A stretch of 64,000 nucleotides of DNA from the sequence record MN159079.1; one strand, written 5' to 3'. The translations under genes and the position numbers were made by a program. The number at the start of each line of letters is the position of its first letter. Position 1 is the first letter of the stretch. The notes under the pieces were generated by a model. That model ran no database searches. It was not told where the DNA came from and saw only the letters and a program-made list of their open reading frames with translations. Positions 1-11,700 of this stretch are shown in pieces.

Positions 1-2
1 AA

Positions 3-1931
3 CTCGATCCGGCGACCAACACCGTAAAAGTACTCCCCGGTCCCGGTGAGAAACGATATCGGATCTCCATTAAACCGAATGACGATACCGGCGTTGAAAA
101 TGATCTCTTTGTAAACTGGAAGACGAGTTCTCTAGCCACGATCACCGATGATGTTTCAAGAGGATATGCCGAATTCGACCATAACGGTAATGCGATATAC
201 GTATCTCCCGTTGTATCCGGATCGTTACCTGGGCAAGTGACCCTTTATAAAACAGACGCGCCACTAACTCCAGAAAGATTAATTGGTGCCAGGTCTGACT
301 TTGACTATGTTGAGGTCAGCAAAACACCCATGCCGGAGGTTAACCCTGCTGGGCTGGCTGTTGGACTCACGGAACCAATGTCAATTCTCGGAGACACCAA
401 TCGTCCTGAAACGGCTATTGTTCTCGGTACCCAACTCACTATGGAAAATGGCGAGATAAAAATAGAATGGATTGGTCGTCCCACCCCATTCATGAATCCT
501 GACTGGACTGGTAACACTTCGTTACTCCAACCCATTACAATAGGTGGTGTTCAGGTTAAGGGGTACCCTCTGACACCGGAGACGTACACGTGTTCCATGG
601 GGCCGTACAAGTTCTGGTCTTTACACGGTTTCTCAACGATACCGGAAGTTAGTAGTTCTGTAAGAGAACGCTGGACGAGGAGCTGTGGTGCCGATGGGAT
701 GGCGAACATCAATGGAACACCAACCTCCCAAACCGATTTCTTGTTCCCGAAGATTTGCCGGCACGAGATTGTTGGTAGGGAAGTCAGGATTATTCCCGTT
801 GAAGTTTACAATGTCGAGAGTATGTTGTCCGGCCAGATCAAGACTTATTTGGATGGAAAGGGGATAAATACAGAAACCATCAAAATGACTTGGACGATGA
901 GCCCCGTTTACAACCGGAAGGGAGAAGAGCGTGTACTTCTCATGGTTTCCAGTCGTAAGCCAGGTGACGGACTTCGCGATGTAGAAGCTATCGTTATGGT
1001 GGGTCAATTGAAAGGTGTTGGTAATCCGATTACCAAAGATGGTTATAAATACTACGAACACTCTACATTTGACTTTGGTAACAAACACCACATCGGTCCC
1101 GCTTTAGTCGCTCCGGCCACAGCACTTGCCCCTGGCGGTCCAATCCATGCGTGGCGGGCAGGGTTCTGTGTAGCTGACCTTAATACCGGAACCGCACCCG
1201 GGTCCGCAGATCAAACCTGTATTTATCTTCGAACAATACATCGATACGCCATTGTCGGAGACACAGTCCCCATAAACCTGGTCATCGAAATGGAGAACGA
1301 CTTCTCAATTTCCCGCATGGCTCCCAAACCAACTGGTTCGTCACCTTACTCGGCCAGTATTTGTGCTTCTCCCGGGAACACAATGGGATACATATCGTCT
1401 AACGACGTCAACTTGGCTCGTGGGGCGTGTGTGGTGGCAGGTGGACTTCGTTGGGGGACCAACCGGTTTGATATCTTGACCTCGGCCGATCCAGGTGCTG
1501 GCGTGGAGAAACGGTTGTTGATTAGTAACTTACTCGTTTCAGCGTTCACTGTTTATTTCCAGGCGGCTGATAACGTCCTGTTGGGTGGTAGAGCGTATGA
1601 TGTAAAGGCAACCTATATCGATATTCGGGATTTTGATAGCAACCCAGCTAACAAAACCTTCTATATTTATCTTAGGTTTGCTGGTGGTCAACCGACCTAC
1701 CAGATCGAACGAGCACCTACTCCGGAAACAGCAACGAGTGCTTGCGTTGCCGTTGTAAAGACTGGTGCTACCAGAATAGAGACGGTAGTTCCCTATAATC
1801 GGTTCTTGATGAACGGAGTGGAGATCAGTAGTAAACGGCGAGGGGCGGCAATACTTTCCCCGGCCGGTAGTATCTTCGATAAGGGTTCTTTGGCACCCAT
1901 CATCAGTGAATCTGATTTCTTGCCAGGGTAA
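3..1931 (+). CDS. Tail fibre/baseplate-associated virion protein, phiKZ gp131/gp135-like family; 5'-truncated by the window edge
   Basis: Frame +3 is open from nt 3 (LDPATNTVKV...) into the tracked ORF at 237. The C-terminal module (IDIRDFDSNPANKTFYIYLRF...PYNRFLMNGVEIS) is shared with the next two ORFs. Family name is from recalled similarity. Confidence 0.7.
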   Translation, partial: LDPATNTVKVLPGPGEKRYRISIKPNDDTGVENDLFVNWKTSSLATITDDVSRGYAEFDHNGNAIYVSPVVSGSLPGQVTLYKTDAPLTPERLIGARSDFDYVEVSKTPMPEVNPAGLAVGLTEPMSILGDTNRPETAIVLGTQLTMENGEIKIEWIGRPTPFMNPDWTGNTSLLQPITIGGVQVKGYPLTPETYTCSMGPYKFWSLHGFSTIPEVSSSVRERWTRSCGADGMANINGTPTSQTDFLFPKICRHEIVGREVRIIPVEVYNVESMLSGQIKTYLDGKGINTETIKMTWTMSPVYNRKGEERVLLMVSSRKPGDGLRDVEAIVMVGQLKGVGNPITKDGYKYYEHSTFDFGNKHHIGPALVAPATALAPGGPIHAWRAGFCVADLNTGTAPGSADQTCIYLRTIHRYAIVGDTVPINLVIEMENDFSISRMAPKPTGSSPYSASICASPGNTMGYISSNDVNLARGACVVAGGLRWGTNRFDILTSADPGAGVEKRLLISNLLVSAFTVYFQAADNVLLGGRAYDVKATYIDIRDFDSNPANKTFYIYLRFAGGQPTYQIERAPTPETATSACVAVVKTGATRIETVVPYNRFLMNGVEISSKRRGAAILSPAGSIFDKGSLAPIISESDFLPG

Positions 1932-1944
1932 TAAATAACAAGAC

Positions 1945-1972
1945 GAGAGTGCGATCTTTTGATCGCACTCTC
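1945..1972 (+). terminator. Intrinsic terminator-like hairpin
   Basis: gagagtgcgatc-tttt-gatcgcactctc, a perfect 12-bp stem followed by tctttact. Confidence 0.75.
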
Positions 1973-2003
1973 TCTTTACTCCTATTTGTTCTAAGAGGAA
2001 AAC

Positions 2004-5000
2004 ATGAAAGATATCGAGATTGTCAAAATTGACTACTCGGCAGCGGATCCAGCATACAAGGTAAAAGAGAAGCATGTCATAAAAGACATTTCTGTACCAT
2101 GGCTGGTACCCGACCAAGGGCCGTATTACACAACGGGGTTGCGTTTGTACAATGCAGGAACTCCCCTCACTTATGAAAAGGACTACATCTACGACACTCC
2201 GGCTACTGAACTCACTGACCGGCTGGGTCGAGATGTTTATCACTTCATCATTCTGCGTGATCACATCGTGTCCAGCGCAACAGCAATTGATATTGAATAT
2301 CAAAAGGTTGGAAACCCCATGTTGGGGAGGAACCAACTGTTACAGATGCTGGACGACCTGATCATCTCCGGTAAACCTATTGACATAACAACCAGTGTCA
2401 TAGGGATGCCGGAAACATTCCCTAGCGCCAAGCACTCCATGGATGTTACCAAGCCAGAGGAAGTTGTAGGGTTTGGTAACTTGATGATGTTGTTCAGTAT
2501 TCTGTCAGGGCGTGTCGCCGGTAATGGCGATTACGTTAAGGAATTACTGGATAAGCTCAAAACTGACAACTTCAAGAGACTGGACTACATCCAGAACCTG
2601 CAATGGAATGCAATTATCAACCACACCAGTCGGGTAAGAAACCCCCATGGGGTTAAAGCCGATAATGTCGAGTTGGGTAAACTGGAAAACTACAAAACAG
2701 CCACCCCGGCGCAGGAGATAGAAGGGACACGTTCTGATCTCTACTCTACTCCACATGGACTGGGAGAGATAATTCGTGAAACAGAACCAGACTCAGAAGA
2801 ATTCGTTTTCCAGAACGAACTTCCCTTCAGTTATTATGGTTCTGGTCTTTATCTTCCTCCCCCAATATCTGGGTCTTTCGAAGGTCTGGGAGCCGATATA
2901 GAAAACGGTACCTTTGTGCAAGAAGGTAACGGGTGGGTGGTAGGTCTTTCGCGAATGTTCGATGGACGGTTGCGGAACCTCTATTACATTTATGATCAGG
3001 GATTGGACGACATCCCTAACGTCGGAAATTTCAGGAACAGTTATGTGCAATACCGACACCCTACCATAGACGCAGCGGGTTGTTCAGCGACCATGACGAT
3101 GTCTGGGTCCGGTGCCGATGTACTGGTGGTGGGTGACCAGGAGAAAAACCGGTACTGGATAACAGATCCTAATTCCACTTTGGATCCTACGGCCCACGTG
3201 TTCAAGGAAATGGACCTTAGTGTCTATTCTAACCGTAAAGATTGGCAGTACTGGGTGAACGTATCCTCTAACATTTTCAAAGTTGGTGGGTACTTCTACC
3301 TGATGGTCTATACCGACGAAAATATAGAAGGTATCGACAGCACCGGATACGTGTTAGCAAATGCGGCGGGTTGGTTGTGTCGTTGTCCCGTGGCGGATCT
3401 GACCAACCCGAACAAACCGACGATGGTTTTCCAGGCTGTTAATCTTACCTACGACAACTTGCGTAGGGAAAGACGTGTCAACCAGTCCGCATTTAGCATT
3501 GATCGTTGGGAGCGCAACGCTAACGGATTTACGTCAGGGCTCGGATGCCGATTTGGATCCAATACCGTGGAACTGATGTCACACCGTCGACGAGCAATGA
3601 TTTTCTGTCCCAACCCCAACAATGAAAACGTCATCGCGGTGAAAATACTCTTCATTGTTAGAACGGTAAGAAGGACACAGTTTGGTAACGTGGCAAAGCA
3701 GGTTACAGTGGCGGCGGATTACACATTTGATGCGACGACCAACACACTGGCGCTTAGTCCCAAATGGAAGTACATAACCTTAAATGAAACAAATGAAGTC
3801 CCTACCAACCTCGATCAAGAATCTCTTAACCGTCAATGGTTGACGGCAGGAATGGTGGCCGGTAACAGCGGTCGAAAGGGGATTTTCACATTTGGCGGGA
3901 CTCGTATAAATGTTTCGTTTATACCAGGCTATGGTTACGTCGGTCAATATAGTAGCGCGGATGGTGGTTTGCCGCATGCTATCTGTAAGGCCCTGGTAAA
4001 CCCGTCCAGGGATCCGTCCAGGGACTGGGAGTATTTCCAGCAACCCACAACTTACATCATGCCTAATGGAGAAAGTAACGACGGAACCAACGGTATCAGC
4101 TATGAAACACCATTTGGTTTCATGGCGTATCCGGCCTGGAACGTTGATGTTTTCAACATCAACGGTGTGAATAGTCCCACTCCGGTAGAGTTGTTCATGG
4201 GCTTCAGCCATGAAAAAGCCGAAACCTTTTTCTATCGTGAATGCGAACCAGGTGACGGGACCAAGTACCTCCAACGACCAGAGTTGAAACTTCTGTCCGG
4301 TGTTACCCCCTACTCCAGACAAATGAACAGTCGGTACGGGACCGTAAAGGGGCTACATCCTTACATGGGTAGGGTGAATAATCCTAGATCCAGGGACAAG
4401 TATAGTGCTGAATACGGGTGCTTCTCAGTCCACTGGAATGGTATCCCTGCAAAACCACCTAGGTTCACTATAGTTCCTGGTCGCAATGGAAACCCCAGTG
4501 CCCCTGTCTATGGTCCTGACAGAGGAATCTACATCCCTCTGATATGTGAGCATGAAATAGCCAACGGGGTCATGACGGTTCGCTCTACTCCCGCCGGGTC
4601 CGTGTATCTTCCCGCTTATATATGGAGCGAATGGAAAGATCGCATCACAAATGGGGAATTATGGCCGTCAATAGACATGTCTGTCGACTTTTACCTCTGC
4701 GCCAAAAAGGATGGTGCACCTCTTGGTCGCAGACATTCGTATGCCGTATTCACGTACCATACGACGGATAACCCCTTGGATATTAAACAGGTGATCTCTA
4801 AGTTCACTTGGGACGTTAACGGTCAAATGCCGGACGGGACACCCATCATGAGGGTCAGTTCCGAACAGTACCCGTTCACTTCCGGTATCACAGGAAATCC
4901 CCTTAAGCCCAAGAACTCACTGGCTGAAGGTGAAACCAACATCCACATTCCTGCCGTTGGTAATGACGTGACACACCAACCTAATGGTCAGTGGAGCTAC

Positions 5001-5735
5001 ATTGATCCTAGTGCACTTTCTAGGATGTCATTGCAGGTCTTGGAATATCCAGAGTTGGGTCCCGATCAATTCACCATTTGGGGGTATCCGGGATGGAGGT
5101 TATCAACCGTTGCGTATTCACGGATCTTCACGTTTAACGACACCAACGTTCCGTCACACACACCTAACAATACCAAGGCATATTCACCCTGGACTGGTGC
5201 TTATGTTGGGTATGGTGCGTTCCAAATCGCTCATCCCGATTACGACATGTGTGCTGGTCTGAACTTTAATGATGTTGGTGGTGGTGCCATGAACTTGGTT
5301 GTTGCCAATGGCGGCCGTCAAATACTCATGGGAAGCGTATTCTCAGTGGGTAACTGGAGTGTGTTCGTAAACAGTGATGTGACGGTGACCTTTAACGGTT
5401 ACTCCATGACCGCTGTTAAACGTAACTTTGACCTTCGTGATTTCAGTGAGAAGTACAGGGATAATGTGTTCTACATATACTGTGTCGCTAGAGGGTCTAA
5501 AGCCGAGTATGAACTCACCCACATACTGAGACACTCCAGAGGCGATTGCTTGTTGATATGTAAGATCACAACTGGTTCCCAAGGGATCTCGTTGATTGAA
5601 CGTTATCAGCCTTTTGCCATCAATGGCTCCCCTATGACACCTGTGCGGGATGCAGGCATTCCATACACGACCGGTAACATGTTCGAAGATGGTGAATGGA
5701 GTCACATCAAGAAATCAGAGTTGTATATCGACTAA
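2004..5735 (+). CDS. Tail fibre protein, 1243 aa (phiKZ-like family)
   Basis: Fibre motif NPHGVKADNVELGKLENYKTAT near the N-terminus; C-terminal FDLRDFSEKYRDNVFYIYC module paralogous to ORF1; GAGGA RBS. Confidence 0.75.
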   Translation: MKDIEIVKIDYSAADPAYKVKEKHVIKDISVPWLVPDQGPYYTTGLRLYNAGTPLTYEKDYIYDTPATELTDRLGRDVYHFIILRDHIVSSATAIDIEYQKVGNPMLGRNQLLQMLDDLIISGKPIDITTSVIGMPETFPSAKHSMDVTKPEEVVGFGNLMMLFSILSGRVAGNGDYVKELLDKLKTDNFKRLDYIQNLQWNAIINHTSRVRNPHGVKADNVELGKLENYKTATPAQEIEGTRSDLYSTPHGLGEIIRETEPDSEEFVFQNELPFSYYGSGLYLPPPISGSFEGLGADIENGTFVQEGNGWVVGLSRMFDGRLRNLYYIYDQGLDDIPNVGNFRNSYVQYRHPTIDAAGCSATMTMSGSGADVLVVGDQEKNRYWITDPNSTLDPTAHVFKEMDLSVYSNRKDWQYWVNVSSNIFKVGGYFYLMVYTDENIEGIDSTGYVLANAAGWLCRCPVADLTNPNKPTMVFQAVNLTYDNLRRERRVNQSAFSIDRWERNANGFTSGLGCRFGSNTVELMSHRRRAMIFCPNPNNENVIAVKILFIVRTVRRTQFGNVAKQVTVAADYTFDATTNTLALSPKWKYITLNETNEVPTNLDQESLNRQWLTAGMVAGNSGRKGIFTFGGTRINVSFIPGYGYVGQYSSADGGLPHAICKALVNPSRDPSRDWEYFQQPTTYIMPNGESNDGTNGISYETPFGFMAYPAWNVDVFNINGVNSPTPVELFMGFSHEKAETFFYRECEPGDGTKYLQRPELKLLSGVTPYSRQMNSRYGTVKGLHPYMGRVNNPRSRDKYSAEYGCFSVHWNGIPAKPPRFTIVPGRNGNPSAPVYGPDRGIYIPLICEHEIANGVMTVRSTPAGSVYLPAYIWSEWKDRITNGELWPSIDMSVDFYLCAKKDGAPLGRRHSYAVFTYHTTDNPLDIKQVISKFTWDVNGQMPDGTPIMRVSSEQYPFTSGITGNPLKPKNSLAEGETNIHIPAVGNDVTHQPNGQWSYIDPSALSRMSLQVLEYPELGPDQFTIWGYPGWRLSTVAYSRIFTFNDTNVPSHTPNNTKAYSPWTGAYVGYGAFQIAHPDYDMCAGLNFNDVGGGAMNLVVANGGRQILMGSVFSVGNWSVFVNSDVTVTFNGYSMTAVKRNFDLRDFSEKYRDNVFYIYCVARGSKAEYELTHILRHSRGDCLLICKITTGSQGISLIERYQPFAINGSPMTPVRDAGIPYTTGNMFEDGEWSHIKKSELYID

Positions 5736-5740
5736 ACCAC

Positions 5741-5758
5741 GGGGAGGGAGACCTCCCC
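5741..5758 (+). terminator. Intrinsic terminator-like hairpin
   Basis: ggggagg-gaga-cctcccc followed by catttattt. Confidence 0.65.
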
Positions 5759-5783
5759 CATTTATTTACATGAGAGAGTCTTT

Positions 5784-8700
5784 ATGTATGTAGATAAGGA
5801 TAAACCCCAACCCCCACTGGACGAACGTACCGATCCGGTAGGGGTCGTACTTGAAGCGTTCATTGAGAACGATCGTAAAGTACAAGAAGTGACGGGTGAT
5901 ATCGTTGACACGATAAAGGACATCCAGAACGCGCAGACGTCAGCCACTCAGAAACTTGACAAGTTTGATGCCGACGTTAAGGCAAAACTTAAGACCCACG
6001 TTGATAAACGCGGGGCAGTTCACGGGGAGAATAAGCACACAGTAGGATTGGGGAACAAGGATAACTACCCAATGGCTACAATGCAGGAACATGTGGACGG
6101 TAAGGCTCTAGCTTACGCACACCCCTCCGGTCTCCGCGAGTTGGTGGAATCCAGAGTGAAAAGTGATCCTACCAAGTATATTCCTGCGCGAGTAATACCT
6201 CTGGCTTCTGGTGGGATGCTGGGTGAAGTTCCTCAGTACCACATGGATTTGAGTATTGGTGAGCTCGACCAATCCAAACAGGACCCCAATCTTCATTTAG
6301 GGGAAACCCCTTGGGAATTTAGCACCACCTCAGGTGCTCTGATATTCCCCACAATCAATAACGCACCTCACCATGGGCGATACACCCAAGTCCCCCAAGG
6401 AATGAACGTGTTCAGCCATGGCCCCCATGGTGGGACAAAAATCCGAGTCTACAATAAGACTCTGGATAGCCGAAGAACACGTCCGTCGTTTATTCGTGGT
6501 TGGGGTGATGCTTCAGGTGCTCCCGAGCAATTAGGGACCTGTGTCAAAGCGGGGAGTTCACTCTTCGACAAGACACACGTTATTTACCGTGAAAATAACT
6601 GGCTGCTTCGGTCCTTTAACAAAAACGCACTCCCCTCCGATGTGGTAGAGATATATAAGTACTATTCGAAAGAACCAGAAGGTATCTTCGAGTACGCAGA
6701 GGGATTTCTCTTTAACTATTGGGTGACACCCCTCAACGCCATCGTCCCCGGCGGATCAGTCGCCGAACCACATATCAAGCTGGATATGCGGTGCTTTAAA
6801 ATGGACGTGGCTGATTACCGTGCCGCCCAAGGAGCGGTCAGCCTGAATGGGGAACAGCGGTCATCCCTTGGGGATGCAACTCAAACGTTCTCTGCGACGG
6901 TACCTGCGCACAACAAAATGGTTTTTGGAAGTCAAGCTGGTTCCGGGGTAGGTTCTATTTATATCAGGCTGAATCGTCTTTTGACACTCCCTGGCGGGAT
7001 GGAGAATGCGTTTCTTGCCAATCTGAACCAAGACCTCGTGCGACAGTTAACCTTCGCGTGGCGTAATCGCATGAGCTACCACGGTCTGTTCAGGATCCCT
7101 GTAGGTTGGTGGAACAAACAAAAAACTAAATACTGGCACGCCTGGGTCGATTTCGAGATTATCGATCGTCCTTTCTATACTGGACTCAATAACCAACTCC
7201 GGGTGTTGACAGCAGATCCGTCTTGGAACACAGTCCAGACTGTCGACGCTAACTGGAACGTGACCGGGTCAGGAATGTTCAAAGAGTACCGCGCTGACAT
7301 CAAAGATAACCCGATGCACCCCTTGGCGCTCGGTGGTATCTTCGAATCCCAAGGCGGCCACATGAAGACCTACACCTTGTATGGAAGACAGTATACTGCC
7401 TATCACCAACACGACATGGGTCAATCGCTGGATTTCATCACTAAGGGTAACGTCCCTCTTCCTCCTCCGACCCAGAGCGAGTACAGTGCCAGGTCCACCT
7501 TGAACGGTACCGGTCTTTATGGGGACCACCTCCGACACATTCCTGTCGATATCGACCAACAGACCGGTTTGGTGACGTACCTTACTCACGTTCGCGATTA
7601 TCGTGATCGTTATCGGTGGGCCCGTGTGGTCATCGATGGAGAACAGGAAGTCGTCCAGGACAGGTTCTACGGGAACTACCTTGGTCCCAAAGTCCAGAAA
7701 TTGGACTGGCTCCCAGGGATCAAAACACCCAGACCGTTCGTTATTTCCAACGATGACTTCCAACCCACGATGAACATCAACGGGTTGGTCTTTACAGCCG
7801 AAAACAAGTTTCTTGGCTTTGGTAGTTTCAGAACCAATGAAGCTAACCAGGATTACCTTGAATACGTTGACGAGATTAGGTTGGATGAACAAGTTATTGC
7901 TTGGGTAAAAAGCAATGCAGGTGGCTTCACCAACCCTGATTTACTCTTCTTCTATTTCAGAGGGAGTTTGTTCTGGTTCTGTCGTTGTTCCGACCCCGCC
8001 GAATATCCGGCTGACGGAAAGGATTGTTACTACGGCGTAATAAAGGACTGTGGTGTCAAACTCGATGGTGGTGGTGCCCGTGTCATGGGTCCGAATGGTT
8101 CTATCGCTGATTCAATCACGATTAACAAATTCAACTTAATGACCAAAAATAGTTTACTGGTCGATCAAGCGGAAGTTTACGGGATAGATTCCCTCTCCGG
8201 TCGTGATGTTTACATCATGATGACCCAGCACCATAACGATTCAGGAACCCAAGATCATGACGTAATGGTCAACATGGGTCCTTTCAACAATTTCTATATT
8301 GAAATGAAGTTGATACGTTCTGGTGATGGCACCATGACGTTTAGACCGAAGCCAGAGGCGATCGATCCGGTATTCCCTTACACAGAGAGTAATGGTTTCC
8401 AAATAGACTATGACGCACACACTCTGTATGGGACAAAAATTCCGGAAAGATTCCACGTAAACTACCAGTCCCCCGTGATGTTGAAGAAAGGGATGTGGAG
8501 CTACCGTAAAACCCCCAATAACTTTGGGTTCTTTACACGTCGACATGGGTTCGTTACGATAACCGGTTGTGTGATGACCAGTTACTATGGGACAGACGTT
8601 TATCCCATGGGATCAGTCCTCACGGTTTCCGGGAAGAACACGGTGGTTAAGAAGCCGGTCCAGTTTAGTCCCGACGACATTGATGGAAGTTCGGAACTGT

Positions 8701-11700
8701 TCGTCAGAATAGTGGGTGATGAACCTGTACTCTACGGTACGAATTTTAATCCCAATGGTTACGAGGTAGAACCACATAACGGCGCTGCCCCAGCTGGTTG
8801 GGGGTCTGGTTCGAACTTCTATTATTACGATCCGGCTAGTTGGAGAAATACTTTCATGCCGGTGATAGATGGACGGCGGATGAGTTGGTATGGTTACGGT
8901 TCGACCGTACCCGTTCTTCTGGGGAAACCTGGGGAAGGACTTCCTATCAACAGGTATTACTTTGGAACCCAAAGTACCCAGATGACCTGGGACACTGCTA
9001 AAGGAAGGGTGGTGAAGTTTGATGCCGAAATAGCCACCACTGTGGCTGTAAACGGAAACGCAGAAGTGACCGGAAGTGCTACGCAGTATGTTATCCCTGC
9101 ACAGTACACCGGGGTGGTGACAATCGACCTTTACAACGCCAATAAACTCATCTGGGCACCAGGACTGACAAACCTGATCCGGTTGGGGAGCGAAATAATG
9201 GAGGTTGACTTCTCTGGTTCAGACCAGTTTACGATTTCGGCTCCATTACCAAAACGTGTCACCAGTCTGAAACGTGCGTTCTATAAAGCTAAGGGTGCGA
9301 GTTATCCTGGGCTTCAAAATTGGAACGTGACGGGCGTCACCGACTTCACCGAGTGTTTTGCTGAAACCACCGCATTCAACCAAGATCTTAGCAATTGGAC
9401 CTTCGTTATGGGGAGGACATTGCGAGGGATGTTCCAGAACGCCGTGGCATTCAACCAACCTGTTCCCGGAACTTGGTTCCAATACATCCTGGATTGTTCC
9501 TACATGTTTGCTGGTTCCGGTGCGTTTAACAAACCTCTAACTGGAACCGCGTTACAGTGTAAAACAGCCATCGGTATGTTCCAAGGCTCCAAAGCGTTCA
9601 ACTCCAGTATTGATGGACTCAAGTTCCTGGAAATTGTGGATATCTCTGATTTCTTCAGGGAGTCGGTCGTTTTCAACCAATCCATAAACGGATTTGACGT
9701 TTCGAAGGTTGAGCGCGCGGAAAGGATGTTCCAAGGTGCGAAAGGGTTCCTCCAACCCATCACACTCAACATGAAGCAATGTCATTCAGTGTCAGGGATG
9801 TTCAAAGATAACCTTGTGTTTAATGCACTTGTGAATATCTCACTCCCTATCTGTACTGACTTCAGCCAAATGTTCATGGGGACCAAGCTGTTCAACCAGA
9901 AATTGCCTGCATGGTCATTTAGCCCCAGGACAACATTGCGAGAAATGTTCAGCGGGTCCAAAGCCTACAACCAGTCAATGGACCATTGGATGATGGAACG
10001 TGTCGCGTCCATTTCCAGAATGTTCCAGTTCGCCGGTGCTTACCAGCAACCTATCAAGACCTGGACCTTCTATAAGTTGGTTGACTGTTCTTACCTGTTC
10101 GCTAATTCCTCGTTCAATGCGGATGTCAATGATATAAAGTGGCCAAGTGATCCAACCCTGGGGATTAACGCCACTGGTATCTTCTATTACAATTTGGTTT
10201 ATAACCAACCACTGAGTAAATGGAATACCGTTGCATTCAAATTGTTCAATGGTATCTTTAATCTGGCAAGATCGTTTAACCAAGACATTTCAGCCTGGAA
10301 TGTCTCCAATGGTGAAAACTTTGAAAACCTCTTTAAAGACGCCATCGAATTCGATGGGGATATTTCCAACTGGAATGTAGGTAAATCCAAAACGTTCTCT
10401 TACTTCGCAGCGAATGCCGTCAAGTTCAAATCCGACCTTTCCAAGTGGGACGTGAGTTCTTGTTTCAACTTCGAAGCGATGTTCAGACACTGTTTGGCTT
10501 TCGATAGCGATATCTCTGAGTGGGATGTCTCCAACGGTACCACTTTCGAGTGGATGTTCGATGGATATTCGTTAACCGAAACCGTCACACCTGAATACTT
10601 TATGATCTTCAACCAAGATCTGAGTAAATGGAACGTTGGAAAGGGTGTCCGCTTTAATGCCATGTTCCGCAAGTGTCAATTGTTCACGTCTGACCTTTCT
10701 GGGTGGGATATGACAAACGCGCAAGAAGTCGGTGCGATGTTCCAACATTGCTACGAGTTCCAGTCGGAACTTGCTTCTTGGAAAGTGGCGAAGTTCACTC
10801 ATGTTCGTTACATGTTCTTCCACGCCCACAACTTCAACGCTCCTATCCCTGATTGGGACGTGTCAAGGTGTACTGAGTTCGACCAGATGTTTAGTTACAC
10901 CTACATGTTCAACCAGGACTTGAGTAACTGGGATATGAGCAATGCCAGAAACCTCAATAGGATGTTCGATGTTGCGGTGGCCTTCAATGGCAATGTTTCT
11001 ACTTGGGATGTTTCCAATGTAGTGACTTTCTGGGGAATGTTTAGGGATGCCGCAGTGTTCAACGGTGATCTCTCTGGCTGGGTTACATCCAATGCGAATG
11101 ATTTCAGTGGTATGTTCCAAGACGCGCTCTCGTTTGATCGGGATTTGAGTGGATGGGATGTCTCCAAGGGGATCAAGTTCAATGCGATGTTTAGGTCGAC
11201 CAAGTGCAATTTCGGTATGAACAACTGGAACGTGGGTAACGCCACTACCTTTGCCGAAATGTTCAAGGGGAACATTGTCTTTAACCAGAAACTGTCTACT
11301 TGGAAAACAGGTAAAGTTACTGATATGGCACATATGTTCTCTGGGTGCAAGGCACTAACGGATCCGGCGATCGGTAATTGGGATACTGGGCGTGTGGAAC
11401 TTATGAATCAAATGTTCTTCGATTGCCCTCTTTTCAATTCCGACATCTCTGGTTGGAACGTATCCAATGTGACAAACTTCTCCAGGATGTTTATGAGCGC
11501 GTTTAAGTTCAACGCTAACTTGTCGACCTGGAATGTTTCCAATGGTGTGACTTTCGAAAGAATGTTCCACACAACGGAACTCTTCAACCAACCTCTGAAT
11601 ACCTGGAGGATGGTGAAAGGCGAAGATTTCACAGATATGTTCTACGGAGCAAAAGCGTTTAACCAACCCATCAATGACTGGGGTATGGCCAGTGCTAAGA